DNA of 64,000 bases, taken from contig NC_014958.1 in assembly GCF_000186385.1 (NCBI RefSeq), positions 2,487,077 through 2,551,076 of the forward strand, in the 5' to 3' direction. Below the pieces are notes generated by a model. The model saw only the letters and a program-made list of their open reading frames with translations. It made no database searches and was not told where the DNA came from. A program made the translations under genes and the position numbers. This stretch comes from Deinococcus maricopensis DSM 21211 (GTDB lineage Bacteria; Deinococcota; Deinococci; Deinococcales; Deinococcaceae). This document shows positions 40,641 through 50,909 of this stretch, piece by piece (position 1 is the stretch's first letter; each line of letters starts with the position of its first letter).

Positions 40641-43600
40641 TCAGAACTCCTCGTCTTCTTCCAGGCCGGGCAGCGTGACGCGGAAGGTCGCGCCGCCGCC
40701 GGGCGTGTCGAGCACCTCGATGCGCCCGCCGTGCGCCTGCACGACCTGCTGCGCGATGGTGAGGCCCAGGCCGGCGGACCCGGCTTCCTTGCCGCGGTAG
40801 AACTTGTCGAAGATGCGGGGTTTCACGTCGTCGGGCACGCCGGGGCCGGTGTCGATCACGTCAATGGTGATGTCCTGGCCGTGGTCCTCGGCGTAGACGC
40901 GGACCTTGTCGGGCGTGCCGCAGATGCGGATGGCGTTGCTGACGAGGTTCACGAACACCTGCGTGAGGCGGCCCGGGTCGGCGACGACCTCGATGTCGGG
41001 CGAGTCAACGCGGATGCCGTAGTCGCGGCCGACGGCGCGGACGATGTCGGCGAGGTTCACGAAGTGCGGCTCGATGCTCTGCACGAGTTCGCCGCGGCTG
41101 AGCTGCAGGAGGTCGTTGACGAGGCGCGTCATGTTCTCGGCGACGCGCGCGGCGTCATGCAGCGTCTGGGTGGCGCCTGCTTCGCGTTCGAGGCGGCGGA
41201 GGTAGCCGAGCAGGGCGGTGAGGGGTGTGCGCAGTTCGTGGCTGGTTTCCGCGAGGAAGGTCTTCTGGAGTTTCAGGGCCTCTTCGAGCTGCCCGGCCTG
41301 CTCCTCGAGTTTCTGGCGTTGCTGCTCGGCGACGCGGTTGAGGCGTTCGACTTCCTCGAGACGCATCTGGAGGGTGAGGTTCAGCGCGCGGATTTCCGCC
41401 TCGGCGCGTTCTCGGCGTTGCCGCTCGGCGGTTTCGGCGAGCGCGCGGGTGACGGCGGGCACCAGGCGTTCGAGGCGCTGCTTGAGGACGTAGTCGGTGA
41501 CGCCGCGCCGCAGGGTGTCCACGGCGACTTCTTCGCCCATGGCGCCGGTGACGATGATGAACGGGAGATGCGGGTGGGAAGCGCTGACGAGCTCGAAGGC
41601 GCTGAGGCCGTCGTAGGTGGGGAGGCTGTAGTCGCTGATGACGATGTGCGGCGCGAAGGTCTGCAGGGCGTCGCGCAGGCCGGCTTCGTCGTCGACGCGG
41701 ATGATCTGGGCGTCCCAGGGGAGCGTGCCGTCCTCGAGGGTGGCGCGGACGAGTTCGTGGTCGAGTTCGTTGTCCTCGAGGTGGAGGACGTTGAGGACGC
41801 TGAGTTCGCTGAGGGCTTTGTAATCGCGGGGTTGGGTCATTGGGGGTCTCGGGGGGGTGAGGGGGAGCGTGAAGCTGAAGGTGGCGCCCTCGCCGGGGGT
41901 GCTGTGGGCGTTGACGGTGCCGCCGTGGCGATTGATGATGCGGCGAACGTTCGCGAGGCCGATGCCGGTGCCGTTGAATTCGTCCGCGCGGTGCAGGCGC
42001 TGGAACACCCCGAACAGCCGGTCGGCGTAGGCGGGGTCGAACCCCACGCCGTTGTCGCTCACGTGGACGGTGACGCTGTCGGTCCCCTGTTCGGCGCGCA
42101 CTTCAATGCGGGCGTGGGCCTGCTTGCCAGAGTACTTCAGGGCGTTGCCGAGCAGGTTCACGAACACTTGTTTCATGAGGGCGCGGTCGGCGGGGACGGT
42201 GGGGAGGTCGTGGAGGCGCCACTGAACGTCGCGGCCTTCCGCGTCGGGTTGCAGGTCGGCGCGGGCCTCCTCGGCGAGTTCGGTGAGGTTCACGGGGGCG
42301 CGGCGGAGTTCCTGGCGGCCCATGCGGGAGAATTCGAGCAGGTCGTCGATGAGGGTGCTCATCTTGGTGGCGGCGTCCGTGATGATGCCGAGGTAGCGGG
42401 CGCTCTTGTCGCTGAGGGTGCCGGTGTCCTTGCGCAGCAGGTCCGCGAAGCCCACGATGTGCCGCAGGGGCGTGCGCAGGTCGTGGCTGACGCTGTAACT
42501 GAACGCCTCGAGTTCGCGGTTGGCATCCTGCAGGGCCGCGGTGCGGCTTTCCACGCGCGCTTCGAGCGTCTGGTTGAGGTGCTGGAGTTCGCGGCGGGCG
42601 GCCTGCGCGCGGGCGTACTGGCGGTGGTTGTCGAGGGCGGTGCCGATGCGCGTGGCGACTTCCTGCATCAGGTCCAGGTCGCGGTCGTCGGGCGTGTACG
42701 GCAGGCCGAAGCCGAGCACGCCGCTGGCGCTCTGGCCGCGCACGCCGAGCGGCATCAGGACGGCGCTGGTGAGGCCGAAGGGTTCCAGGGTAGGGCTGGT
42801 GTAGATGCGCAGCTGCCCGGTGTGCTCGGCGTCTTGGACGGCGCTCATGGTGCCTTCGGCGCTGGCCATGTGGAGGTCCGGGCGGAGTTCGCCGCGGACC
42901 ATGGTGAGCGGGTCGGGGAGGCTGCCGAGCCCGCCGTGCCAGAGGGTGACGGCGTCGGCGAGGCGGGTGGTGAGGGTGCGCAGGACCTGCTCGAACGCGT
43001 CGCGTTCGTCGCCGACGCGGGCGAGCGTCTGGCTGAGGTCTGCGAGGAGGCGCGAGGCGCGCTGGCCGTACACCTGATCGTCAATGTCGGTGCTGGTGCC
43101 GACGTACTCGATGATGCGTCCGTCCACGTCGTGAATGGGTACGGCGCGCGCCATGAACGTGCGGTACTTGCCGTCCGCGCCGAGCAGGCGGTGTTCAGCC
43201 TGGAAGAGGTGCCCGGTGGCGGTGGCGGCGCGCCAGCGGCGCACGAAGTGGTCGCGGTCGTCCGGGTGGGTGTACTCGACGAGGCGGTCCGGGGGGACGT
43301 GCGGGCCGACGTACTCGTTCCAGCGGCGGTTGGCGTACGTGACGGTGCCGTCCGGGCGGGCGAGCCACACGAGGTGCGGGAGGCCTTCGAGGACGCCTCG
43401 GTAGCGTTGCTCGCTGGTGCGCAGGTCCTGCTCGGCGGCGATGCGCGTCTGGATATCGGTGGCGGTCGTGACCCATTCGATGATGTCGCCGCGGGGGTTG
43501 CGGACGGGGTTGCCGCGCACGACGAAAGTGTGGTGCGCGCCGTCGGCGCGGCGGTAACGGACTTCCAGTTCGTACGGCTCGCCACGCTGCGCGCTGCGTT

Positions 43601-45173
43601 CGGCGTGGTCCTGCAGGCGCGCCCGGTCCTGCGGGTGCGCGGCGCTCAACGGGCCGAGCGTGATGGAGTCGTGTTCGCTCAGGCCGGTGTACGCGAACCA
43701 GCCGTGGTTGTAATACACGGGGTGGCCGTGCGGGTCGGTGACCCAGACCATCTGCGGCATCGCTTCAAGGACGCCGCGGTAGCGGAGTTCGCTTTCGCGG
43801 CGGGCGCGGTCCGCTTCGACGCGGTCGGTGACGTCCCGGATGACTTCAAGCTGCCCGAGCAGTTCGCCTCGGTCGCTCATGACGGGGGAGCGTTGCGCTT
43901 CGCCGTAGAAGGCGGCGCCGTCCGCGCGGACGTACTGGGTGGTGACGGCGTTGAAGTGGCCGTCGTGCAGGCGCGGGTCGGCGCGGAGCACGTCGAGGTT
44001 CTGCCCGGCGAGTTCGCCCTCGCCGTACCCGAAGGTCTGGGCGGTGGCAGGGTTGCTCATCAGGACGGCGCCGCTGGCGTCGGTGAACAGCGCAGCGTCC
44101 TGAATGGCGCGCCAGATCGCTTCGAACTCGGCGCGGGCGCGTTCGAGGTTGGCGCGGCTCGCGGCGAGGCGCGCGTTCATCTCCTCGGCGCGCTGGCGGG
44201 CGCGCACCTGCCCCTGCAGGGTCGTGAACGAGAGGGTGGCGACGAGCAGCCCCGCGCACAGCACCAGCCACGGGGACACCGCGGCGACGTCCCGGCCGAA
44301 CGACGCGGGGGCGCTGAAGGTCAACGTCCACGGCTGGCCGTTGACGTTGAGGGTCTGGCGATGCTGGAACGCGCGGGCGGGGCGAGCCTTGCCGAACACG
44401 GTGAGTCCCGCCGCCTGGATGGTGAGGTCCAGGCCGCTGACGGCGGCGCGGCTGCTGGTGCGGACCCCGCCGATGAAGTCGACGATGCGCAGGGGCACGT
44501 ACACGTAGCCGGTGCGGGCGGCGCGGCGCGCACTGACGGTGGCAGGGACGCTGCCGCCGGCGTACACCGGCAGGTAGATGAGCACGCCGGGTTGCGGCTG
44601 GCCGTACTTCGCTTCCTGCACGAGCGTGATGGGGGCGGTGGCGGTGGGGCGGCCGGTGTCGCGCGCGCGGTCCAGGGCGGCGCGTCGGTGCGGCTCGCTG
44701 TACATGTCGAAGCCGAGCGCGAAGGTGTTCGCGGGGGTGCGCGGCTCGATGTACGTGATGGGCACGATTTCCGGGCGCAGGCTGTACGGGCGCACGTTGA
44801 AGCTGGGCTCCTCGATGCGACGGGCCGCCTGGAAGGCGCGCACGTCGGTGGCGCGGACGGCCGCGGCGTACCCGATGCCCTGCACGCCCGGCTGGCGCTC
44901 GCGGAGGTCCAGGGCGGCGACGAACCGCATGAAGTCCTGGCTGCTGACGGTACTGCTGGCGGACCACAGGGCGCGGGTGGATTCCAGGGTGCCGTTCAGA
45001 ATGTCGACGCGCTGCTCGAGCGCGCGGGTGTAGATATCCACCTCGCGTTCGAAGCGTGCACGCTGCTGCGCGGTGACGCTGCGCGCGACGACGGTGGTGA
45101 CGACAGCAGTGAGCAGCAGGATGAGCGCCAGGATGACGTAGCTGAGGTTACTGCTGGGCGCGTCGCGCGTCAT
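40641..45173 (-). CDS. hybrid sensor histidine kinase/response regulator with two kinase cores: CHASE-TM-PASx3-GAF-HisKA-HATPase-REC-HisKA-HATPase
   Basis: 1510 aa; N-terminal TM plus periplasmic CHASE-like domain; three PAS and a GAF domain; H-box 1 FSYSVSHDLRTPL (bacteriophytochrome-type) plus N/G boxes; REC with DYSLP Asp; second H-box TSHELRTPL plus N (NLVSNAIR), G1 (DTGPGV), G2 (GLGLTI). Confidence 0.9.
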   Translation of the reverse strand: MTRDAPSSNLSYVILALILLLTAVVTTVVARSVTAQQRARFEREVDIYTRALEQRVDILNGTLESTRALWSASSTVSSQDFMRFVAALDLRERQPGVQGIGYAAAVRATDVRAFQAARRIEEPSFNVRPYSLRPEIVPITYIEPRTPANTFALGFDMYSEPHRRAALDRARDTGRPTATAPITLVQEAKYGQPQPGVLIYLPVYAGGSVPATVSARRAARTGYVYVPLRIVDFIGGVRTSSRAAVSGLDLTIQAAGLTVFGKARPARAFQHRQTLNVNGQPWTLTFSAPASFGRDVAAVSPWLVLCAGLLVATLSFTTLQGQVRARQRAEEMNARLAASRANLERARAEFEAIWRAIQDAALFTDASGAVLMSNPATAQTFGYGEGELAGQNLDVLRADPRLHDGHFNAVTTQYVRADGAAFYGEAQRSPVMSDRGELLGQLEVIRDVTDRVEADRARRESELRYRGVLEAMPQMVWVTDPHGHPVYYNHGWFAYTGLSEHDSITLGPLSAAHPQDRARLQDHAERSAQRGEPYELEVRYRRADGAHHTFVVRGNPVRNPRGDIIEWVTTATDIQTRIAAEQDLRTSEQRYRGVLEGLPHLVWLARPDGTVTYANRRWNEYVGPHVPPDRLVEYTHPDDRDHFVRRWRAATATGHLFQAEHRLLGADGKYRTFMARAVPIHDVDGRIIEYVGTSTDIDDQVYGQRASRLLADLSQTLARVGDERDAFEQVLRTLTTRLADAVTLWHGGLGSLPDPLTMVRGELRPDLHMASAEGTMSAVQDAEHTGQLRIYTSPTLEPFGLTSAVLMPLGVRGQSASGVLGFGLPYTPDDRDLDLMQEVATRIGTALDNHRQYARAQAARRELQHLNQTLEARVESRTAALQDANRELEAFSYSVSHDLRTPLRHIVGFADLLRKDTGTLSDKSARYLGIITDAATKMSTLIDDLLEFSRMGRQELRRAPVNLTELAEEARADLQPDAEGRDVQWRLHDLPTVPADRALMKQVFVNLLGNALKYSGKQAHARIEVRAEQGTDSVTVHVSDNGVGFDPAYADRLFGVFQRLHRADEFNGTGIGLANVRRIINRHGGTVNAHSTPGEGATFSFTLPLTPPRPPMTQPRDYKALSELSVLNVLHLEDNELDHELVRATLEDGTLPWDAQIIRVDDEAGLRDALQTFAPHIVISDYSLPTYDGLSAFELVSASHPHLPFIIVTGAMGEEVAVDTLRRGVTDYVLKQRLERLVPAVTRALAETAERQRRERAEAEIRALNLTLQMRLEEVERLNRVAEQQRQKLEEQAGQLEEALKLQKTFLAETSHELRTPLTALLGYLRRLEREAGATQTLHDAARVAENMTRLVNDLLQLSRGELVQSIEPHFVNLADIVRAVGRDYGIRVDSPDIEVVADPGRLTQVFVNLVSNAIRICGTPDKVRVYAEDHGQDITIDVIDTGPGVPDDVKPRIFDKFYRGKEAGSAGLGLTIAQQVVQAHGGRIEVLDTPGGGATFRVTLPGLEEDEEF

Positions 45174-45964
45174 GCGTCCTCCAGGGCGTTCAGGAAGACG
45201 TGGGCGGGCACGTCAGCGCCGGTCCAGGCGGTGAACGCGAGGCGTGCCTGGTGGGCGAGCATCCCGAGGCCGTTCGCGGTGCGGGCGCCTCGTGCGCGGG
45301 CGTCGCGCATGAGGCGCGTGTCGCGCGGCTTGTAGACCATGTCGTACACGAGCGCGCCGCGCGCGAGGGCGGGCGGGTCCGGGAGGGGCGTGGCGTCGGG
45401 GTCGCCGAGGCCGGCGCTGCTGGCGTTCACGATCAGGGTGATGTCCAGCCAGGGGACGTCCTCGCGCGTGACGGCCGTGCCGCCCAGGTCGCGCGCGAGG
45501 GCGCGGGCGTTGTCGAGGGTGCGGTTCAGGATGAGTACGTCGCGGCCCTCGGCGCGCAGGGCCCACACGGCGGCGCGGGCGGCGCCGCCCGCGCCGAGCA
45601 CGACGCTCACGCCGCCCGCCGGGGCGTGGGCGTCGCGCAGAGCGGCGAGCAGGCCGGGCGCGTCGGTGTTATCGCCCGTGAGGGTGCCGTCCGCGTGAAT
45701 CACGGTGTTCACGGCGCCGATGGCGCGCGCCGCGGGCGTCAAGGCGTCCAAGTGCGGCAGCGCGGCGGCCTTGTGCGGCAGGCTGAGGTTCGCGCCGAGC
45801 ACGTCCGGGGCGCGCAGCGCGGCGATCGCGCCGGGCAGGTCCGCGGCGGGGACGCGCACCGCGTCGTACGTGGCGTCCAGGCCCGCGAAGCGGAACGCGG
45901 CGGCGTGCATGCGCGGCGACAGGGAATGCGCGGCGGGGTCCGCGTACAGGAAAGCGCGCTTCAC
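45170..45964 (-). CDS. aroE: shikimate dehydrogenase
   Basis: GTG start giving VKRAFLYADPAAHSLSP (AroE N-terminal motif); GAGGAARA NADP motif; stop overlaps the ATG of the hybrid kinase (ATGA). Confidence 0.85.
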   Translation of the reverse strand: MKRAFLYADPAAHSLSPRMHAAAFRFAGLDATYDAVRVPAADLPGAIAALRAPDVLGANLSLPHKAAALPHLDALTPAARAIGAVNTVIHADGTLTGDNTDAPGLLAALRDAHAPAGGVSVVLGAGGAARAAVWALRAEGRDVLILNRTLDNARALARDLGGTAVTREDVPWLDITLIVNASSAGLGDPDATPLPDPPALARGALVYDMVYKPRDTRLMRDARARGARTANGLGMLAHQARLAFTAWTGADVPAHVFLNALEDA

Positions 45965-46154
45965 GCGTTTCAGTCTACGCGGGGTGTACGCCAGGTGGCG
46001 GCTGCGCACCTGAAGTCTTCATGCATATTGTGGATTCTCCCACGCCTGCACGGTGGGGAGCGCGGCAGAATAAGGGCGTTCAGATGACCGTTTCCCCCTG
46101 CCGCCCCACCTCGATTTCGTACGAGGGGGCGCCGTGTGCTGTTCAGGAGAACTT

Positions 46155-47198
46155 TTGAAAGAAGAGACGCTGCCGACCACCACGACCGTGAACATCCAAC
46201 TCGACACGCCCGAGGAAGCGCTCGCGCTGCTCGGTGCGGGCGATGTGAATCTGCGCCGCATGCGGGACCTGACGCCCGCGAAGCTGATTGCGCGCAACGA
46301 CACGGTCACCATTCAGGGCGACGCCGCGCACGTGCAGGCTGCCGAACGCATGGTCCGCGAGGCTCTCGCGGTGGTCCGCGCGGGCGGGGAACTCAGCTTG
46401 GACGCGCTGTCGCGCAGCGCCCGCCTGAGCGAGGAGGGACGCAGCCTGGCCGAGGAGACGCGCACGGGCGTGAGCCTGCCGCGCGGCCTGAAACCCAAGA
46501 CGCCCGGTCAGAAGGTGTACCTCGACAAGGTCGAGCACAGCGACATCACGTTCGGCGTGGGGCCCGCCGGGACCGGCAAGACGTACCTGGCGGTCGCCAT
46601 GGCGGTGCGCGCCCTGAAGGAACGCAAGGTGAAGCGCATCATCCTGACGCGACCCGCCGTCGAAGCCGGCGAGAAGCTGGGGTTCCTGCCGGGGGACCTG
46701 CAGGCCAAGATCGATCCGTACCTGCGTCCGCTGTACGACGCGCTGTACGACATGCTGGAGCAGGAGAAGTTCGAGTCGTACCTCACGAGCGGCGTGATTG
46801 AGGTGGCGCCGCTGGCGTTCATGCGCGGCCGGACGCTGAACGACGCGTTCGTGATTCTCGACGAAGCGCAGAACACCACGGGCGAGCAGATGAAGATGTT
46901 CCTCACCCGCATGGGCTTCTCCAGCAAGGTGGTCGTGACGGGTGACGTGACGCAAATTGACCTGCCGCGCCACGTGACGAGCGGCCTCGCCGTCGCGAAG
47001 AAGGTCCTGAGCGGCATCGACGGCATCGCGTGGCACGAGTTCACGGACGTGGACGTCGTGCGGCACCCGCTGGTCGGGCGCATCATCAAGGCGTACGAGG
47101 CAGCCGAGGACGCCGAGGAGAACCGCCGCGCCGCGCGGCGCGGGGATCTGCTCAGCATCCCCGAGGATGAGCGCGACGGCCGCCACGGCGACCACTAA
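46155..47198 (+). CDS. phoH: PhoH-like ATPase (YbeZ family) with N-terminal KH-like domain
   Basis: Walker A GPAGTGKT, Walker [10 protein letters not shown]; TTG start preceded by GGAG (alternative ATG 46134). Confidence 0.88.
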   Translation: MKEETLPTTTTVNIQLDTPEEALALLGAGDVNLRRMRDLTPAKLIARNDTVTIQGDAAHVQAAERMVREALAVVRAGGELSLDALSRSARLSEEGRSLAEETRTGVSLPRGLKPKTPGQKVYLDKVEHSDITFGVGPAGTGKTYLAVAMAVRALKERKVKRIILTRPAVEAGEKLGFLPGDLQAKIDPYLRPLYDALYDMLEQEKFESYLTSGVIEVAPLAFMRGRTLNDAFVILDEAQNTTGEQMKMFLTRMGFSSKVVVTGDVTQIDLPRHVTSGLAVAKKVLSGIDGIAWHEFTDVDVVRHPLVGRIIKAYEAAEDAEENRRAARRGDLLSIPEDERDGRHGDH

Positions 47199-47326
47199 CC
47201 CGAAGACCCGCGGGGGCGGCCACCTGGCCGCCCCTGCTCGTGTGCCCGGCGGCTGCAAGGAAAGCGTGACACTTCCCCTTTCATACTGAGGGCTGTTCCG
47301 TTGGTGACCACGGAGTGCCCTCACGC

Positions 47327-48433
47327 ATGACTTCCTCGTTTTCTTCCGATTACCTGCGCGCCCTGGAGCGCGTGTTCCGCCGCATCATGCCCTTGATTGG
47401 CCTGACGGAACTCGCGCGCGCGTACCTGGCGTGGCCGACGAACGCCATCGACGGCGCGCTGAATCTCGGCATTGCCGTGATCAGCCTGGGCCTCACCGGG
47501 GCGATGCTGCGCTGGCCGCAGCACGCGCTGCGCTGGATTCACGCGCTGATCTACGCGAACGCCGTGGTGTTCCTGCTGTTCAACCTGTTCGGGTACGCGC
47601 TGATGCCGGCGGAACTGAACGTGCGGGACACGTCGTACGTGCTCACCGGGAAGTACATCTACCTGCCGTTCATCCTGATGGTGTCGAGCTGGCTGGTGTT
47701 CCCGAGCGCTCAGGCGCGGCGCGTGGTGACGGCGCTGTACGTCGCGCACGTCCTCACGAGCGTCGTGAGTGCCGGCGGGGCGCTCCTGACCGGGCGTTCG
47801 GATGTGGCGGGCGCGCTGAACCTGCTGCTGCATCACTCGCTGGTGGGGGGCGCGTTCGTGATGCTGCTGAACATCTTCACGGACATCTACAGCCGTCAGA
47901 GCAGCCTGGAGCGGGAGCGGGACGTGCTGGAGCAGTACGCGTTCGTGGACGCCCTCACGGGCCTGCACAACCGGCGCGCGTTCGAGCAGTCGCTCGCGCA
48001 GGAGGCGGAGCGCGCGCAGCACAACGGGCAGCCGCTGAGCATCATCGCGCTCGACATCGACCATTTCAAACGCGTGAATGACACGTTCGGGCACGATGCG
48101 GGCGATCACGTCCTGAAGGACCTCGCGCGGATCGTGCGGCGCGAGGTGCGCGCCACGGACGTCGTGGCGCGCTGGGGCGGTGAGGAGTTCATCCTGCTGC
48201 TGCCCACCATGGACCTGCCGGTCGCGCAGGCGTGCGCGGAACGCATCCGGCGGGCCGTGGACGCGCACGAGTTCAGCACGGGGCCGCTCAGCGTGAGCCT
48301 GGGCGTGGCGACCCTGCTGCGCGGCGAGGACACCGGGGCGCTGTTCGGGCGCGCGGACGCGGCGCTCTACAGCGCCAAACGCGCGGGCCGCAACCGCGTG
48401 GTTACGGACGACACGCCGACCCTCCTGCACTGA
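47327..48433 (+). CDS. membrane-anchored diguanylate cyclase (GGDEF domain)
   Basis: about 6 TM helices then GGDEF domain (RWGGEEF active site, RxxD I-site-like); ATG 47327. Confidence 0.88.
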   Translation: MTSSFSSDYLRALERVFRRIMPLIGLTELARAYLAWPTNAIDGALNLGIAVISLGLTGAMLRWPQHALRWIHALIYANAVVFLLFNLFGYALMPAELNVRDTSYVLTGKYIYLPFILMVSSWLVFPSAQARRVVTALYVAHVLTSVVSAGGALLTGRSDVAGALNLLLHHSLVGGAFVMLLNIFTDIYSRQSSLERERDVLEQYAFVDALTGLHNRRAFEQSLAQEAERAQHNGQPLSIIALDIDHFKRVNDTFGHDAGDHVLKDLARIVRREVRATDVVARWGGEEFILLLPTMDLPVAQACAERIRRAVDAHEFSTGPLSVSLGVATLLRGEDTGALFGRADAALYSAKRAGRNRVVTDDTPTLLH

Positions 48434-48499
48434 CCCGGGAGGGGAGCGGGGCGGTTTCGGGCGTGGGTCACGTGCGCTCGGGCGCGGCGTCAGTAAGCT

Positions 48500-48973
48500 G
48501 TGGGCGTGATTGATCTGGTGATTCGCAAGTCGCCGCCTGCGGGCGTGCGCTCCGCGCTGCGCGCGGCGACGGACGCGGCTCTCGCGCATTTCGGCATGGC
48601 GGACCGGGACGTGACGGTGGTGCTCGTGGGGGACCGCGCGATTCGCGCGCTCAAGCGGGAGCACTGGGGCGAGGACGCCGCGACGGACGTCCTGAGCTTC
48701 CCGACGTTCGTGCCGGGCGACCCGTTCGTGCCGCCGCACCTGGGGGACATCGTGATCAGCCTCGACACGGCGGCGCGGCAAGCGGGCGCGCGTGGGCACA
48801 GTCTCGCGCGGGAGGTGGCGCTGCTCGCGTCGCACGCGGTGACGCACCTGGTTGGGCATGACCATCCGCACGCGGAGGGGCTGGGGTTCGAGGAGGGCGC
48901 GACCGGGCCGGGGTGGCAGCCGTTTCATGACGCGTGGGCGGCGGCGCAGGCGTCGTTGCCGGAAGGCGCGTGA
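48500..48973 (+). CDS. ybeY: rRNA maturation endoribonuclease YbeY
   Basis: HAVTHLVGHDH zinc motif (HxxxHxxGxxH); 157 aa. Confidence 0.9.
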   Translation: MGVIDLVIRKSPPAGVRSALRAATDAALAHFGMADRDVTVVLVGDRAIRALKREHWGEDAATDVLSFPTFVPGDPFVPPHLGDIVISLDTAARQAGARGHSLAREVALLASHAVTHLVGHDHPHAEGLGFEEGATGPGWQPFHDAWAAAQASLPEGA

Positions 48974-49350
48974 AGTCGGGCGGGTCGGCGCTGAGCGTGC
49001 GGCGTTGGTGGCGTTCGGCGCGGTTCGCGTGGCAGGGCGTGCGGGACACGTGGCGGGCGCAGGCGAACTTCCGCATTGAGGTGACGTGCGCGGCGCTGGT
49101 GATCCCGGTGGCCGCGTGGGTGGGGGCGCCGCTCGCGCCGGTGCTGCTGGCGTGCGCGCTCGTGCTGAGCCTGGAGCTGATCAACACGGCCCTGGAGGCG
49201 GTCGTGGACCTTGCCAGCCCGGACATTCATCCGCTTGCGCGCGTCGCGAAGGACGCGGCGGCCGCGTCGGTGCTGCTGGCGAGCCTGGGGGCGCTGGGGG
49301 TGGGGGTGGTGGAGGTGCTGCCGCGCCTGCTCCAGCACCTGCTGGGCTGA
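48970..49350 (+). CDS. dgkA: diacylglycerol kinase / undecaprenol kinase family (DgkA)
   Basis: GTG overlaps the ybeY TGA; 3-TM prokaryotic DAGK pattern (RNSLAGV-like RWWRSARFAWQGVRDTW, ELINTALE, AKD). Confidence 0.85.
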   Translation: MKSGGSALSVRRWWRSARFAWQGVRDTWRAQANFRIEVTCAALVIPVAAWVGAPLAPVLLACALVLSLELINTALEAVVDLASPDIHPLARVAKDAAAASVLLASLGALGVGVVEVLPRLLQHLLG

Positions 49351-49473
49351 TCAGCCCATGCGGAAAGCTTGAAGTTCCAGGGTGCCTGGAGGCGCGTGTG
49401 GTACACTCGCGCTTGATATGGAGCCTCCCAGTTCCGGCCCGCCGAACGCGGACTTCATGCACGGACGCCTCAG

Positions 49474-49496
49474 CACCGCCTATGGGCGGCGTTTTT
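49474..49496 (+). terminator. short hairpin plus T-tract after dgkA
   Basis: CCGCC-tatg-GGCGG then CGTTTTT; weak 5-bp stem. Confidence 0.3.
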
Positions 49497-49571
49497 GCTG
49501 TGGCGTCCGTTTGGTTTTGACGGGCGCGCCGTCCATCCGCGCGTCCGTGGCGCAAAGGAGTGCGCCCACAA

Positions 49572-50909
49572 ATGAATGACATTCTTGGTGTCGTCGCCCT
49601 GTTCGTGCTGGTGCTGGTGAACGGCTTTTTCGTCGCGGCGGAGTTCGCGCTGGTGAGTGTGCGGCGCACGCGCATCGACCAGCTGGCCGAGGAGGGACGG
49701 GCCGTGGCGGTCCAGACGCAGCGGGCGCTGCGGAACCTCGACCTGTACATCGCCGCGACGCAGCTGGGCATCACCATGGCGTCGCTGGGAATCGGCTTCA
49801 TTGCGGAGCCGGCCATTGAGCACCTGGCGCATCCGCTGCTGGCGCGCACGAACCTGAGTGAAGGCAGCATCCGGGGGATTTCCTTCGGGCTGGCGTTCGC
49901 GATCAGTACGGTGCTGCACATCGTGCTGGGCGAGCTGGCGCCGAAAAGCTGGGCCTTGCAGCGCAGTGAGCAGGTGGCGCTGCTGGTCACGCGGCCGCTG
50001 ATGTTGTTCGCGACGGTGTTCAAGATCTTCATCTACGCGCTCAACGCGGTGGGCAACAGCGTGGTGCGGCTGTTCGGCTTGAAGGCCGTGGCGGGGCACC
50101 ACACGGCGCACAGCGAAGAGGAGATCCGCATGATCGTGTCCGCGAGCAGCCAGGAAGGCGTGCTGGAGGACGACGAGAAGGAACTGCTCTACAACGTGTT
50201 CGACCTGTCGGACACGACGGTGCGGAGCGTGATGACGCCGCGCGTGGACATGGTCGTGGTGGACGCGTCGGCGCCGCTGCGTCGCTTGCTGGAGCTGAAT
50301 GAGGAGCACGGGTATTCGAGGGTGCCGGTGTATCAGGACACGTCGGACAACGTGGTGGGCGTGGCGCACACCAATGATGTGCTCAAGCACCTGGAGGCGC
50401 TGGATCACATCACGGTGGCGGAGGTGATGCGCCCGACGTTCTTCGTGCCGGAAAACATGCGCGTGAGTGACCTGCTCAAGCAGATGCAGGGCCGCAAGAG
50501 CCACCTGACGATCGTCGTGGACGAGTTCGGCGGGACGGCGGGCATGGTGACGCTGGAGGACGTGCTGGAGGAGATCGTCGGGGAGATCTACGACGAGACG
50601 GACGAGGAGGAGGAGCGCCTGATCGAGATGGTCGCGGACGGCGTGTACCTGATCGATGCGGCCGCGACGGTCGATGAGGTGGAGGAGCGCCTGGACCTCA
50701 CGCTCGATGAGGGGGACGAGGGTGAATTTGATACGCTCGCCGGGTTCGTGACCAACCATTTCGGGTATATTCCAGAGTCCGGTGAGGCCTTCACGTTCGA
50801 AGGCTACGAGTTTTACGTGGAGGACGCCGACCAGCGCCGCGTCTGCCGCGTGCGGGCGACGCGTATTGCGCCGCCGCTCGTGCCGGAGGAAGAAGAATCC
50901 CGTGAGTGA
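49572..50909 (+). CDS. CNNM/CorC-HlyC-family (hemolysin-type) membrane protein: DUF21-CBSx2-CorC_HlyC
   Basis: N-terminal DUF21 TM domain, two CBS domains, C-terminal transporter-associated domain; ATG 49572 with GGAG upstream. Confidence 0.9.
   Translation: MNDILGVVALFVLVLVNGFFVAAEFALVSVRRTRIDQLAEEGRAVAVQTQRALRNLDLYIAATQLGITMASLGIGFIAEPAIEHLAHPLLARTNLSEGSIRGISFGLAFAISTVLHIVLGELAPKSWALQRSEQVALLVTRPLMLFATVFKIFIYALNAVGNSVVRLFGLKAVAGHHTAHSEEEIRMIVSASSQEGVLEDDEKELLYNVFDLSDTTVRSVMTPRVDMVVVDASAPLRRLLELNEEHGYSRVPVYQDTSDNVVGVAHTNDVLKHLEALDHITVAEVMRPTFFVPENMRVSDLLKQMQGRKSHLTIVVDEFGGTAGMVTLEDVLEEIVGEIYDETDEEEERLIEMVADGVYLIDAAATVDEVEERLDLTLDEGDEGEFDTLAGFVTNHFGYIPESGEAFTFEGYEFYVEDADQRRVCRVRATRIAPPLVPEEEESRE

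Noticed and set aside
40188-45335. 1715-aa plus-strand ORF antisense to the hybrid kinase
   Set aside because: Gly/Ala/Val/Asp/Glu-rich mirror translation of the real minus-strand kinase gene, with no motifs; antisense artefact of GC-rich coding DNA.
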